A DNA stretch of 64,000 bases from an uncultured Bacilli bacterium (GCA_947632565.1 CANRPT010000001.1:19585-83584); one strand, 5' to 3'; shown: positions 27,523 to 37,865, counted from the stretch's first letter. Notes: a model not told the origin generated them from the sequence alone. Translations and numbers: made by a program.

Positions 27523-29001
27523 CTATTTTTTTTGATATAAATAATAAGTTCTCATATTTTGTTCATATTCTTGTTTTTGTGTTAAAACTAACTGATAGTT
27601 TTTTTCTAACTGATTTCTATCTGCTTTACTAATTTTATTACTTGTTATCACGTAATCTGTTACTTTTTCTTTTACGTATCTTCGTTGTTCATCCATATTA
27701 TCCGGATATAGGCTATAATTAATATTATTTTTTTGAAAGTAATATACCGTAGGAATGGTGTTGGTTGAAAAATAAAATCCACTATCTAAACATCCAAAAT
27801 TTAAAATTGTTTTTCCTTTTTCTATTTCTTTTAGAAAACTAAATTGTGCATAATCTTCTTTTTTCTTTGATAAATAAGAAGTATTTGGTGAGTGATAATA
27901 GGCAATTGTTAAAGTTAGTGGTATTCCTATGATAGTTAAAAGGATGATCCCTTTTTCTATTCTTTTTTTGATATCTATTTTTAAAATAAATTTTGTTATC
28001 CAGATTAATCCAAAAATCATAAATGGTTGCATTGGAAGTGAGTAATATCTATAGTTGGTACCTCCAATAAAGATGAAGATTAATAAAAGTAAAGTTGATA
28101 GTAATAAATAAAAATTGTTGCTTTTTTCTTTGAAAAAGGTTTTTGTCTTTATCGATAAAAGCATAGGAATTATAATTAATAATAGATATTGATAATATTT
28201 TTTTAAGACTCCTATTATGGTTCGGATACAGGATGTTATTTTTTCTATTATAGTAGAATCTTTGGCATAACTTTTCATATTAAATAGGAAATAAACATCT
28301 ATTAATTTCGATAATCCATTGTGTAGGAAAAAGAAAAGGATTATTGGGATTGTGACAATGAAAAATCCTAGTAAAAACATTCCTATTTTTTCTAATAAAT
28401 CTTTTCCTTTTTGCTTTTTTCCTTCTCTGATTAAGACAACTAGACAAAATCCAATTGAAAAACCTATTAAAGTGTATTTCATCCAGAAGATAATTCCTGT
28501 TAAAATACCAACTAGTAAAGTTTGCTTGTTAGAAATTTGATTGGTTTTTAAATACATTAAAAAATAATAAACTGTCATAATTAAAAACGGAAAAGTAAAT
28601 TCTTCACAACTACCTCCATGGGTAAAAGAGCGAGAGGATAATATAAGACAGGCAAGAATTGGTATGAGTAAATAACTGAATTTTTCTTCTAAATATAAAT
28701 GTATTATTTTTTCGATATAATAAAAGAAACAGGTTAAAGAGATTACTTCTAATATAAAAACCCCGAAAAAGGAATGATTGGAAATCAATGCTGCGATTGC
28801 ATAAATTAGGTAAAGGAGAGGACCTTTTTGTTCAAATAAATCTAGATAAGGAATTTTTCCCACTAACATCGATTTTCCTACTGTAAAAAAGGCATTTACA
28901 TCGTACCAATCATTCATTTTATAAAATGGTGAATTTTTAGAAAGAATACATAAAAATAAGATAGAAATTCCTAAACAATATAAAAATATTTTTCTTTTCA
29001 T
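27523..29001 (-). CDS. Polytopic GT-C-fold membrane glycosyltransferase (PMT/ArnT, GT39/GT83-like)
   Basis: 492 aa with about 12 TM segments. First-loop acidic motif NDWYDVNAFF...GKIPYLDLFEQKGPL, and a soluble C-terminal domain. Confidence 0.55.
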   Translation of the reverse strand: MKRKIFLYCLGISILFLCILSKNSPFYKMNDWYDVNAFFTVGKSMLVGKIPYLDLFEQKGPLLYLIYAIAALISNHSFFGVFILEVISLTCFFYYIEKIIHLYLEEKFSYLLIPILACLILSSRSFTHGGSCEEFTFPFLIMTVYYFLMYLKTNQISNKQTLLVGILTGIIFWMKYTLIGFSIGFCLVVLIREGKKQKGKDLLEKIGMFLLGFFIVTIPIILFFFLHNGLSKLIDVYFLFNMKSYAKDSTIIEKITSCIRTIIGVLKKYYQYLLLIIIPMLLSIKTKTFFKEKSNNFYLLLSTLLLLIFIFIGGTNYRYYSLPMQPFMIFGLIWITKFILKIDIKKRIEKGIILLTIIGIPLTLTIAYYHSPNTSYLSKKKEDYAQFSFLKEIEKGKTILNFGCLDSGFYFSTNTIPTVYYFQKNNINYSLYPDNMDEQRRYVKEKVTDYVITSNKISKADRNQLEKNYQLVLTQKQEYEQNMRTYYLYQKK

Positions 29002-29139
29002 TTTGTTACCACCAATTTCATTATAGCATTTCTTAGAAGGCTGTCACTAAACTTTTGGTTGAATTTGATTTTCTTTTTTCAATTTGACTATTTTGGGAGA
29101 AACTGTTATGATTAATTTAAGAATAAAAGGATGATTTAC

Positions 29140-29769
29140 ATGGAAAAAGATTTAAAAGAAATGTTTCGGGAGAAAAATCGAATGATTTTACTTTCGAATT
29201 TAAAATATGATTTAGAAAAAAATATTCATAGTTTATTGGATACTATTACGAATATTTTTCATTTAGAATTTGAAACAGCCATTAAAAACAGTCAAGCAAT
29301 TTGTTTGGATTCAGAAATCGAGAATAGTAAAATGTTTTTAGCAAAAACAATACATCAAATGCAAAAGAAAAGCTTTCAAAAGGTACAGAAATTATTAGAA
29401 AAAAAGAAAAATGCCTTAGAACAATTAATTGATCATTTAGAATTTTCAGAAGAGTGTTTGAATGATTACTATCAACAAGTTTTTCAGACCACAAAAGATT
29501 TTCAAGAAGCTTTTCAGAAACATATTTTGAATGATATCCAAAATAAAAATTTAGATCACTTTCATCAATTTGTATCTCAAAATGTAGAAAAAGATAAAGA
29601 AGAATTAACGATTCTTCGTATTACCGATTATATTAATAATCGCTTGTATGGAAAGTTAGAAACAAAAATTCATATGGAGCTGATGTTACGAGATAATAAT
29701 TTAATTAATAAAGCAAAAGAAAGTTATCTTCGATATCAAGAAATTTCATCTAGGACAACCGATTGTTAG
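29140..29769 (+). CDS. Hypothetical helical/coiled-coil protein
   Basis: ORF with an AAAGGA RBS. No motif recognised. Confidence 0.5.
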   Translation: MEKDLKEMFREKNRMILLSNLKYDLEKNIHSLLDTITNIFHLEFETAIKNSQAICLDSEIENSKMFLAKTIHQMQKKSFQKVQKLLEKKKNALEQLIDHLEFSEECLNDYYQQVFQTTKDFQEAFQKHILNDIQNKNLDHFHQFVSQNVEKDKEELTILRITDYINNRLYGKLETKIHMELMLRDNNLINKAKESYLRYQEISSRTTDC

Positions 29770-29843
29770 GATTTTAAAATTCTAACTTTTTTTGTATAAA
29801 TTTTTTTATTCTTTCTAACACTAATGATAGAAAGAAGGTATCT

Positions 29844-30359
29844 ATGAAAGCAACAGGAGTTGTTAGAAGAATTGATAATTTAGGTCGTATCGTTATTCCC
29901 AAAGAAATTCGTAAAACTTTTAAAATTATGGAAGGAGATAGTTTAGAATTTTTTGTAGATGAGAGTGGAATTATTTTAAGAAAATATGATATTTTAGATC
30001 ATTTATTAGAAGTATCTAAAAATTTAGTGGATTTAGTCTATCAAATTTATGGAAAGCATATCTTTATTACAGATAAGGAAAAAGTGATTGCTTCTTCTAA
30101 AGAATATCGCAGTGCCTATTTAAACCAATACTTATCTAGTAATATCAAAGATAAAATAGAGAAAAGAGAAGAATATCTTATCTCCGAAAAATTTTCTATT
30201 ATTGTAGGTCAAGCTGTTTCTTCTTGTTTTTTGGTTCCTATTTTAGTAGATAGTGATGTATTAGGAAGTGTTATTTTGGTACAGGATGATATTACGAAAG
30301 AAGATCAAAAGCTCATTAGACTGATTGCTTCTGTTTTTATTAAAAATATTGAATCATAA
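29844..30359 (+). CDS. spoVT: Stage V sporulation protein T (AbrB-type swapped-hairpin N-domain + GAF-like C-domain)
   Basis: MKATGVVRRIDNLGRIVIPKEIRKTFKIMEGDSLEFFVD is near-identical in pattern to B. subtilis SpoVT. Length 171 aa. Confidence 0.9.
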   Translation: MKATGVVRRIDNLGRIVIPKEIRKTFKIMEGDSLEFFVDESGIILRKYDILDHLLEVSKNLVDLVYQIYGKHIFITDKEKVIASSKEYRSAYLNQYLSSNIKDKIEKREEYLISEKFSIIVGQAVSSCFLVPILVDSDVLGSVILVQDDITKEDQKLIRLIASVFIKNIES

Positions 30360-30383
30360 GAAAATCTATGCTATAATTTAACT

Positions 30384-30597
30384 CATAAAAGTTTTGAAGG
30401 AAAGAGTTATTGGAAATCTATTTCAGAGAGTCTCGTTTGGTGAAAGGAGATATAGAGGAACAATAATAAATGGTTCTGGAGCTAATAAATATTTATTCGT
30501 TTCTCGCGTTAAGAGTTTAAGTGTATAAGTGTTTACTTATAAAATAAGGTGGTACCGCGATTATTCGTCCTTATAGGAATAATCGTTTTTTTATGGA
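30384..30597 (+). promoter_or_regulatory. T-box riboswitch leader, probable Met specifier (AUG at 30470-30472)
   Basis: TGCTATAAT extended -10 at 30369-30377. AGAGAG box at 30424-30429. GGTGAAAGG. Conserved T-box GGTGGTACCGCG at 30548-30559. Terminator CGATTATTC (30558-30566) / GAATAATCG (30577-30585) followed by T7. Confidence 0.85.
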
Positions 30598-30605
30598 GGA
30601 ATCTG

Positions 30606-31094
30606 ATGGCAAGATATTTTGAAAAAATTAGTTTTGAACAGTTTCAAAAAGATGTAGTGGATGATCGAGAATTGTATGAAAGTTTTCCATTACCAAAGAG
30701 AAGTACGAAAGAAAGTGCTGGTTATGATTTTATCTCTCTTTTTGATTTTATCTTAAAACCAGGAGAGATGAGAAAGATTCCTTTGGGTGTTAAAATTCAT
30801 ATGAATCCGGGAGATGTTATGTTTTTATTGGTTCGTAGTAGTCAAGGGTTTCGATATAATGTACGGATGTGTAATCAAGTTGGTGTTTTTGAAGCTGATT
30901 ACTGTGATAATCCAGATAATGAAGGACATGCTTGGGTGAAACTACAGAATCAAGGAGATCAAGATTATGTAGTACATTCTGGGGATAAAATATGTCAGGC
31001 TATATTTTTAAAATATCTTACTGTTGATTGTGAAGAAGAAATTTCAACAGTTAGGACAGGTGGAATTGGATCCACAGATAGAAAGGATAGGTAA
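30606..31094 (+). CDS. dut: dUTP diphosphatase (trimeric dUTPase family)
   Basis: ATG at 30606 after GGAGGA. AGYDF, VRSSQG, GDKICQAIF, C-terminal GGIGSTD (motif V). Confidence 0.8.
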   Translation: MARYFEKISFEQFQKDVVDDRELYESFPLPKRSTKESAGYDFISLFDFILKPGEMRKIPLGVKIHMNPGDVMFLLVRSSQGFRYNVRMCNQVGVFEADYCDNPDNEGHAWVKLQNQGDQDYVVHSGDKICQAIFLKYLTVDCEEEISTVRTGGIGSTDRKDR

Positions 31095-31096
31095 AA

Positions 31097-32638
31097 ATGG
31101 AAAAATTTTATATTTCAACAGCGATTGCTTATACTTCTGGAAAACCTCATATTGGAAATACTTATGAGATTGTGTTAGCAGATAGTATAGCTCGTTATAA
31201 AAGATTAAAAGGATTTGATGTTTATTTTCAAACAGGAACGGATGAGCATGGGGAAAAAATTCAAATCAAAGCAAATGAAAAAGGAGTTACTCCACAGGCT
31301 TATGTAGATGAAGTGGCAACAGAGATTCGAAGAATTTGGGATATTATGAATACCAGTTATAATCGTTTTGTTAGAACGACGGATAAAAATCATGAAAGAA
31401 TTGTGCAAAAAATCTTTCAAAAAATGTATGAAAAGGGAGATATTTATTTAGGAAAATATGAAGGATTATATTGTACTCCTTGTGAATCTTTCTTTACGGA
31501 AAGCCAATTAGTAGATGGAAAATGTCCTGATTGTGGTAGAAATGTAGAACCAAAAAGCGAAGAAGCCTACTTTTTTCGATTATCTAAATATCAAGACCAG
31601 CTAATTGAATATATCAATTCTCATCCAGAATTTATTAAACCAGAATCTCGTAAAAATGAGATGATTCATAATTTTTTAGAACCAGGACTTCAAGATTTAT
31701 GTGTTTCTCGTACTTCTTTTGATTGGGGAATCCCTGTTAGTTTTGATCCTAAGCATGTTGTTTATGTTTGGTTAGATGCTCTTACGAATTATATTACGAA
31801 TATTGGATATGATCCAGATGGTAGTAGTGAAGAGTTTGAAAAATATTGGCCAGCAGATTTACATTTAATTGGAAAAGATATCATTCGTTTTCATACTATT
31901 TATTGGCCTTGTTTCTTAATGAGTTTGGATTTACCTCTTCCAAAACAAGTATTTGGTCATCCTTGGTTACTTGTTGGGGAAGGAAAAATGAGTAAATCGA
32001 AAGGAAATGTCATTTATGCCGATGATTTAGTAGAAGCTTTTGGAGTAGATAGTGTACGTTATTATGTCCTTCATGAAATTCCTTATGCGAATGATGGAAC
32101 ATTAACCTATGATTTGTTAATTGATCGCATTAATAGTGATTTAGCAAATGTATTAGGAAACTTGGTTAATCGTACTATTTCTATGGTTCATAAATATTTT
32201 CATGGTACTGTTTCTAATCAGAGAGTTTCTGAAAGCTATGATGATGAACTTATTTCTATGATAAATTCTTTAGAAGAAAAAATTGAAAAAAGAATGGATC
32301 AATTAGAGATTGGTGCTGCTTTAGATGAAATTTTTGAGGTTTTACGAAGAAGCAATAAATATATTGATGAAGCAACTCCTTGGGTACTTGCTAAAGAAGA
32401 AGAAAAGAAAAATCGATTAGAAACGGTTTTATACAATTTATTGGAATCTATTCGTGTGTGTGGAATTTTCTTAAGTCCTTTTTTACCAGAAACCAGTGAA
32501 AAAATTAAAAAACAATTAGGAAATGGAAGAGAAGAAAGAACCTATTTAGAAGATAATACTTATACTGTAGGAACTCCTGAAGCTTTATTTATGAGAATTG
32601 ATAAGGAAAAGAAATTAGTAGAATTAGAAGAAAATTAG
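31097..32638 (+). CDS. metG: Methionine--tRNA ligase (short form, no C-terminal tRNA-binding appendix)
   Basis: PHIGNTYE (HIGH), zinc knuckles CTPCE and CPDCG, KMSKSKGN. Confidence 0.96.
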   Translation: MEKFYISTAIAYTSGKPHIGNTYEIVLADSIARYKRLKGFDVYFQTGTDEHGEKIQIKANEKGVTPQAYVDEVATEIRRIWDIMNTSYNRFVRTTDKNHERIVQKIFQKMYEKGDIYLGKYEGLYCTPCESFFTESQLVDGKCPDCGRNVEPKSEEAYFFRLSKYQDQLIEYINSHPEFIKPESRKNEMIHNFLEPGLQDLCVSRTSFDWGIPVSFDPKHVVYVWLDALTNYITNIGYDPDGSSEEFEKYWPADLHLIGKDIIRFHTIYWPCFLMSLDLPLPKQVFGHPWLLVGEGKMSKSKGNVIYADDLVEAFGVDSVRYYVLHEIPYANDGTLTYDLLIDRINSDLANVLGNLVNRTISMVHKYFHGTVSNQRVSESYDDELISMINSLEEKIEKRMDQLEIGAALDEIFEVLRRSNKYIDEATPWVLAKEEEKKNRLETVLYNLLESIRVCGIFLSPFLPETSEKIKKQLGNGREERTYLEDNTYTVGTPEALFMRIDKEKKLVELEEN

Positions 32639-32775
32639 TAGTCCTTTTTTATATATTAGAAGATGGATGCTATCATTATATGGAGAGTTTCTTTATTTTT
32701 AAATTTGATTTTCCATAATTGACTTTTTATTCTATTTGAACTAGAATAAAATTATTCTTATAGGGGGTACTGGAT

Positions 32776-33483
32776 ATGTTAAGAAATGAAATTTTGAAAT
32801 TAAAAACAGAAAAGGTTGAATGTGATTTGAATTCGCAATTTATTCTTCAAGAGAATGCAAAAATTATTTTTCAACAAGCAATATATTGTTTGCATTTGAG
32901 AGCTCTTCAGAATCAAAAGTTAGAATATTCTCAGCCTCTTTATCAAATTCCATTTATTCATGACAGAGGACATCATGAGATTTTGATGTTAAACGAAATA
33001 TTGTCTTCTATGGCAATTTGTGAAGGAATTGATTTTATTTGGAAACCGTTTTGGATTTCTCAAAATAGTGATAGTTTTCTTTTTGAAATTAAAGATTATG
33101 AAGATTCTTATATGTTATATGAATTTAATAATTCTTCTAATGTATTTCTTCAATCTTCATATGATGCAGTGGAAAAGTATTTTTCTAAAGAAGCAGAGTT
33201 TTATACTAATTTGAAAGATAAAAATATTACTTTAGAAGAAATTCAAGATTTTACTTCTACTTTAGAAGAAACTCTCGATTTTGAGATTATAAAGGATGCA
33301 TATTTTAATGCTTGCTACCGATTAGGTTATGAAGTACATTCTACTTATGAAAAATATGCAATTTATACTAACAATATGATATTTATGCAAAAAGTGCGTA
33401 ATTGTACAGAGATTATGAGAAATATAAATATTCAGAGAAAAAAACAAGAAAGTAAAGGGAAAGTTAAGGTAATAAATAAATAA
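32776..33483 (+). CDS. Hypothetical protein
   Basis: 235-aa ORF with a GGGGG RBS. No motif recognised. Confidence 0.5.
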   Translation: MLRNEILKLKTEKVECDLNSQFILQENAKIIFQQAIYCLHLRALQNQKLEYSQPLYQIPFIHDRGHHEILMLNEILSSMAICEGIDFIWKPFWISQNSDSFLFEIKDYEDSYMLYEFNNSSNVFLQSSYDAVEKYFSKEAEFYTNLKDKNITLEEIQDFTSTLEETLDFEIIKDAYFNACYRLGYEVHSTYEKYAIYTNNMIFMQKVRNCTEIMRNINIQRKKQESKGKVKVINK

Positions 33484-33539
33484 AAAGAAGTTTGAAATAG
33501 AACTTTTTTTTCGTCATATGTTTTTTATGGAGGTATATT

Positions 33540-34304
33540 ATGCTAATCGACACACATTTGCATCTTGGGGATAATTTTGGTGTTAATCCAGATTTATATA
33601 TTGAACATGCTTTAGATAAAAATATTCAAATTTTAATTGCCTCTTTTTGTGAAAAGGATGATTTATTTTTATCTACAAAATATGTGGAAAAATATGACTG
33701 TGTATATGCATCTGTTGGATATCATCCAGAAGTTGCTGACAAAATTGTGGATAAAGATTTTGAAATTTTAGAAGAGCTTGTTCAAAAAAATAAAAAAATT
33801 GTTGCGATTGGAGAAATTGGTCTTGATTATTATTGGAATAAAGATAATAAAGAAAAGCAAAGAGAAGTTTTTCGAAGGCAGTTAGAACTTGCTGAAAAAT
33901 TAGATCTTCCGGTCGTTATTCATAGTAGGAATTCTATCGGAGAAACTTATGAAATACTTTCTCAATATCATGTTCGTGGAGTAATTCACTGTTTCAGTGG
34001 AAGTTTAGAAATGGCAAAAAAATTCGTTGAGTTGGGATTTTTCTTAGGAATTGGTGGGGTATTAACTTTTAAAAATAGTAAACTTTTTCAAGTGGTTGAA
34101 AGAACTCCAATTTCTTCTATTGTGTTAGAAACGGATAGTCCATATTTAGCACCAGAACCTGTTCGTGGAAAAATGAATGAGTCTAGTAATCTGATTTATA
34201 TCGCTCAAAAAATAGCTGAAATCAAAAATCAAACCTTTGAATCTGTTGCTTCCGGAACTACTCAAAATGCAATAAACTTATTTGACTTACCAGTTAAAAT
34301 GTGA
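33540..34304 (+). CDS. tatD: TatD-family metal-dependent DNase/hydrolase (YabD)
   Basis: IDTHLHL, GEIGLDY, VIHSR, HCFSG, LETDSPYL. Confidence 0.93.
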   Translation: MLIDTHLHLGDNFGVNPDLYIEHALDKNIQILIASFCEKDDLFLSTKYVEKYDCVYASVGYHPEVADKIVDKDFEILEELVQKNKKIVAIGEIGLDYYWNKDNKEKQREVFRRQLELAEKLDLPVVIHSRNSIGETYEILSQYHVRGVIHCFSGSLEMAKKFVELGFFLGIGGVLTFKNSKLFQVVERTPISSIVLETDSPYLAPEPVRGKMNESSNLIYIAQKIAEIKNQTFESVASGTTQNAINLFDLPVKM

Positions 34305-34345
34305 TATATTCAATTTATAATAACCGAGGGTAAGTAGGTGTAGCT

Positions 34346-34948
34346 ATGAAGAAAAAGGGGATTCGTCCGTTTTATAAAGCAATGGCTTATCGTTTTTTGT
34401 TTGTTGTTTGTCTTTTTAGTTTTCTAACTTTCATACTTTCTGGAAATATTCACCAAATAAATAGTGTTTCCAATATTAATGGTGTGAAATCAGTTCAAGC
34501 TATTCATATCATTACGGAATATGATAATCGCACTAAACCATTGAAAACAATGGAAGTAAGCACTATGGAAGAAGCTAGTATATATGGTCCTATTATGCCG
34601 ATTTCTTTTACCGGGCAGATGACTGCTTATAATCCTATTTGTGTAGGGTGTACGGGAGAAGTTTACTGTCCTCCTAGACAAGATGTTACGAATGGCAATA
34701 TTTACTATGAAGATGAGTCTTATGGTAATATTCGTATTTTAGCTGCGGACCCTAACATTCCTTGTGGAACGATTGTTAGTATTTCAAATCTTACTTTTTC
34801 TGAAGAACCAATTATTGGTATTGTATTAGATCGCGGTGGTGCAATTAAAGGAAATATTATGGATTTTTTAGTGTCTGAAACAGATGATATGGATATTATT
34901 GGAAGGCAAAGAGGTGTTCATTATGAATTACTTCGTTGGGGGTGGTAA
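34346..34948 (+). CDS. 3D-domain (RlpA-like double-psi beta-barrel) cell-wall protein, YabE/YuiC-like
   Basis: N-terminal anchor, then MTAYNP..VGCTG, ILAADPNIPCGT, GIVLDRGGAIKGNIMDFLV. Confidence 0.7.
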   Translation: MKKKGIRPFYKAMAYRFLFVVCLFSFLTFILSGNIHQINSVSNINGVKSVQAIHIITEYDNRTKPLKTMEVSTMEEASIYGPIMPISFTGQMTAYNPICVGCTGEVYCPPRQDVTNGNIYYEDESYGNIRILAADPNIPCGTIVSISNLTFSEEPIIGIVLDRGGAIKGNIMDFLVSETDDMDIIGRQRGVHYELLRWGW

Positions 34949-34951
34949 TTT

Positions 34952-35623
34952 GTGAATCCAAATGAAAAAGAGAAACAAGAAAATTATTTTTACCAAGACG
35001 GTTATTTAGAAGAAGTTTCTGAAGAAAAAAAATCTCATACGCGATTTTTTGTCTATTTCTTTCTTTTTACTATTTTTTTATTTTTTTGCGTATTTGGAAT
35101 TACTTATTCTGTATATTATGGAGATAGTAGTGGAGGACATCAAGGTTTAGAAACAGAAAATATTCTATTTACCTATTCTGATGTCAATCAAGCTGGAAAT
35201 GGTATTCAAATCAAAAATGCTTCTCCTATCCCTGATTCTATTGGAAAAACAATGGTAAAAACAGGAGAGTATTTTGATTTTTATATTACTGCTACTACCA
35301 CCAAGAGTGATTTATTTTATCAAGTTTTGATTCGTAAGGATGAATTATCTACTTTAGCAGAATCTAATGTAAAAATGTATTTAACAGAATTAATGGGTGG
35401 TTTAGAGCAAGAAGTTGTGTTGAAAAAAGTGTCAGAATTAGAGCAAATTGAAATGAACGGTCAAAAGTATTATGTACTTGCCGAAAAAACATTATCAGGT
35501 CCTTTAAATAATCATTACGATAGTTATCGATTAAGAATGTGGATATCTGATGATGCAGTGAATTTTGAAAATAAAATATTTGCGGTTAAGGTTGATGTAA
35601 ATGCTTATTCAGTAGAGGAGTGA
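34952..35623 (+). CDS. TasA-like paralogue with a 30-aa cytoplasmic head and a membrane anchor (223 aa)
   Basis: GTG start after GGGGGTGG. Anchor FFVYFFLFTIFLFFCVFGITYSVYYG, then ILFTYSD, EYFDFYITAT, YRLRMWI, FAVKVDVNA. Paralogous to 35628 and 25881. Confidence 0.5.
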   Translation: MNPNEKEKQENYFYQDGYLEEVSEEKKSHTRFFVYFFLFTIFLFFCVFGITYSVYYGDSSGGHQGLETENILFTYSDVNQAGNGIQIKNASPIPDSIGKTMVKTGEYFDFYITATTTKSDLFYQVLIRKDELSTLAESNVKMYLTELMGGLEQEVVLKKVSELEQIEMNGQKYYVLAEKTLSGPLNNHYDSYRLRMWISDDAVNFENKIFAVKVDVNAYSVEE

Positions 35624-35627
35624 TTAG

Positions 35628-36263
35628 ATGTATCGTTCTAAACTTAGCGTTTTAGCATTCATTTTATTATTTTTATCTATGATTTGTTTATTTTCTGGTA
35701 TCAGTTATTCTATTTTTACTTATTTTGGAGAAGGACTAACAAATAATGTGATTGAAACTGGTAGAGTTGTATTTTCTTATTCTGATAGTAATGGTGGGGG
35801 TAATGGAATTCGTATTGAAGATGCTCTTCCTACTTTAGATGAACAAGGAAAGATTTTATCTAGTAGTAATGAATATTTTGATTTTAGTGTTACGGCTACC
35901 TCTGCTAATAGTGCTTTAACTTATGAGATTACAGTCTTAAAAGATCCTGATTCTACATTAGAGGAAGAATGGCTAAAAGTTTATTTGACTACTTTTGAAG
36001 GAAGTCAAGAAGTCCCTACTTCTTTAACTAATCGAAGTGGAGTAGTTGCTACCTATAATCAATTATCTGATACAAAAAATTCTTTATTAGAAGGGAAAAC
36101 AATTTATTATGGGACTGTTGACTCTGGAGAAATAAATTATGGTAGAAAATTTCGATTAAGGATGTGGGTTAAAGTACCAGAACAACTTGATTTTGATTAT
36201 AGTACGTTAGCAAATAAACAATTTTCTTTGAAAGTAAATGTAGCTGCTACTACGGTATTTTGA
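35628..36263 (+). CDS. TasA-like secreted paralogue with a SipW-type signal peptide (211 aa)
   Basis: MYRSKLSVLAFILLFLSMICLFSGISYSIFTYFGEG, then VVFSYSD, EYFDFSVTAT, FRLRMWV, FSLKVNVAA. Confidence 0.5.
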   Translation: MYRSKLSVLAFILLFLSMICLFSGISYSIFTYFGEGLTNNVIETGRVVFSYSDSNGGGNGIRIEDALPTLDEQGKILSSSNEYFDFSVTATSANSALTYEITVLKDPDSTLEEEWLKVYLTTFEGSQEVPTSLTNRSGVVATYNQLSDTKNSLLEGKTIYYGTVDSGEINYGRKFRLRMWVKVPEQLDFDYSTLANKQFSLKVNVAATTVF

Positions 36264-36366
36264 AAAATGTAAAGAAAAAGTTATGTTTTTCTTTTTTTAT
36301 TTTACTTCTTTTTTTTTCTGTGTTATGATTAAATTATGATAAAGAATAGAATCGGGTGATAGAAGA

Positions 36367-37119
36367 GTGAACATCTTTAAAAAAGTTTTTCGGTTTTTGT
36401 CCTCGGTTTTATTCTATTCTCTCCTTGTTATTTTAGGAATAGCACTGCTTATGTTCTTTGCTTACTTTGTTGATCAAAAATTAGGACAACAAAAGGGAGA
36501 AAAAAGAAATCCTTTATTTGGCGCTTATATCATTATTAGTAATAGTATGATTCCTAATATAAATGTTTACGATGCTGTTTTAACAGTGCGTGTTCAAACA
36601 GAACAAATTCATGTAGATGATATTATTACCTTTTTATCCAAAGAGATTGAAACAAGAGGAACTCCTATTACTCATCGTGTGATTGGTATTGTTTACGATT
36701 CAGAAGATAATACGAAAGTATTAGGATATAGAACAAAAGGAGATCATAATAATACGGCAGATTTCGCTTTGATTCGACCAGAAGAAGTATTGGGAAAAGT
36801 TTATTTAAGAGTTCCTAAATTGGGATATATTCAGACTATTATGACGAAACCTATTGGTTGGATATTACTAGTTGTTATTCCATGTTTATGTATTATTATG
36901 AGTGATGTTCTGAAACTTATTCGTAAGAATAATTCGAAAAATCAAGACTCTTCTAGTAAACAAGATGTGCCAAAACAGAATTTCAACCAAGAAGTAATAT
37001 CGATGTCTCCTGTTTCCGTATTAGAGAGTACGGAAGTAGAAGATTTAAAAAATATATCATTAAAAAATTTAGATAATGAAAATGAGACATCAGAAGGTAT
37101 TACTGATGATATTCTATAA
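36367..37119 (+). CDS. sipW: Signal peptidase I, SipW (ER/archaeal Ser-His) type, with a ~60-aa low-complexity C-terminal tail
   Basis: ISNSMIPN (catalytic Ser), DIITF, PITHRVIG (His), TKGDHNNTAD, VPKLGYI, C-terminal TM. Pattern matches B. subtilis SipW. Confidence 0.85.
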   Translation: MNIFKKVFRFLSSVLFYSLLVILGIALLMFFAYFVDQKLGQQKGEKRNPLFGAYIIISNSMIPNINVYDAVLTVRVQTEQIHVDDIITFLSKEIETRGTPITHRVIGIVYDSEDNTKVLGYRTKGDHNNTADFALIRPEEVLGKVYLRVPKLGYIQTIMTKPIGWILLVVIPCLCIIMSDVLKLIRKNNSKNQDSSSKQDVPKQNFNQEVISMSPVSVLESTEVEDLKNISLKNLDNENETSEGITDDIL

Positions 37120-37133
37120 AAGGAGGAAAAAAT

Positions 37134-37865
37134 ATGGATATGAAATTTTTAAAGCAATATATTAAAATTATAAATTATGCTTTGATTGGTTTGGTATTTT
37201 CTTTTGCATCTTTTTATTTACTTTCTAACATGTATCATTATTTGGAAATTAGGAAGGATTTTGTTACTACTTTTGCTAATGAAGATTTGGTTTTAAAATA
37301 TGAGGAAAAACTGCAATCTATTCGAACTAATATTAGTGATTTTGATGTGAATACTTATCAAGGAAATGTTCCAGCAAGTCAAATGACTATTATCGCTCAT
37401 CAGTTGAATTCTTGTATTGATAATTTTCAAAATAAGACTTTTCAAAGTATGATGGATAAAAATCGTATTACTATTATTGACGTTTACAATTTAAGAGAGG
37501 CATATGATAACGATATTCTTGGAGATTGTATTGTCAATAATTTATTCTGGACCTCCGCTGTTGATCAACATCATTTGGAAAATACTATTTTAGCACAAGA
37601 AAAAGATTTGATTCAATTATATTATAATAATTTATTTTCTGAAACTTCTTATTTAAAGCAAGATTTATTAAATAATAGTAGTTATTATTATAATACAGCA
37701 ATTGCTTCTTCTTCTGTCAAAAGTAATACAAGAGATGGATTTTATGAAGTAATGGGATCTTACAATAAAGCAGTTAATTTTGTAGAATATATTTCTAAAT
37801 GGTTTCATGACGAAGTAAGTATTCAAGAAGAAAATATTACTGGGGGTGTAGAAGAAAATGAATAA
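37134..37865 (+). CDS. N-terminally anchored hypothetical protein (243 aa)
   Basis: One TM segment (INYALIGLVFSFASFYLL). AGGAGG RBS. No family recognised. Same operon as sipW. Confidence 0.55.
   Translation: MDMKFLKQYIKIINYALIGLVFSFASFYLLSNMYHYLEIRKDFVTTFANEDLVLKYEEKLQSIRTNISDFDVNTYQGNVPASQMTIIAHQLNSCIDNFQNKTFQSMMDKNRITIIDVYNLREAYDNDILGDCIVNNLFWTSAVDQHHLENTILAQEKDLIQLYYNNLFSETSYLKQDLLNNSSYYYNTAIASSSVKSNTRDGFYEVMGSYNKAVNFVEYISKWFHDEVSIQEENITGGVEENE

Noticed and set aside
32639-32775. Short upstream ORF (MDAIIIWRVSLFLNLIFHN) after metG
   Set aside because: 19 codons, a weak RBS and no recognisable features. This is indistinguishable from chance in AT-rich DNA.
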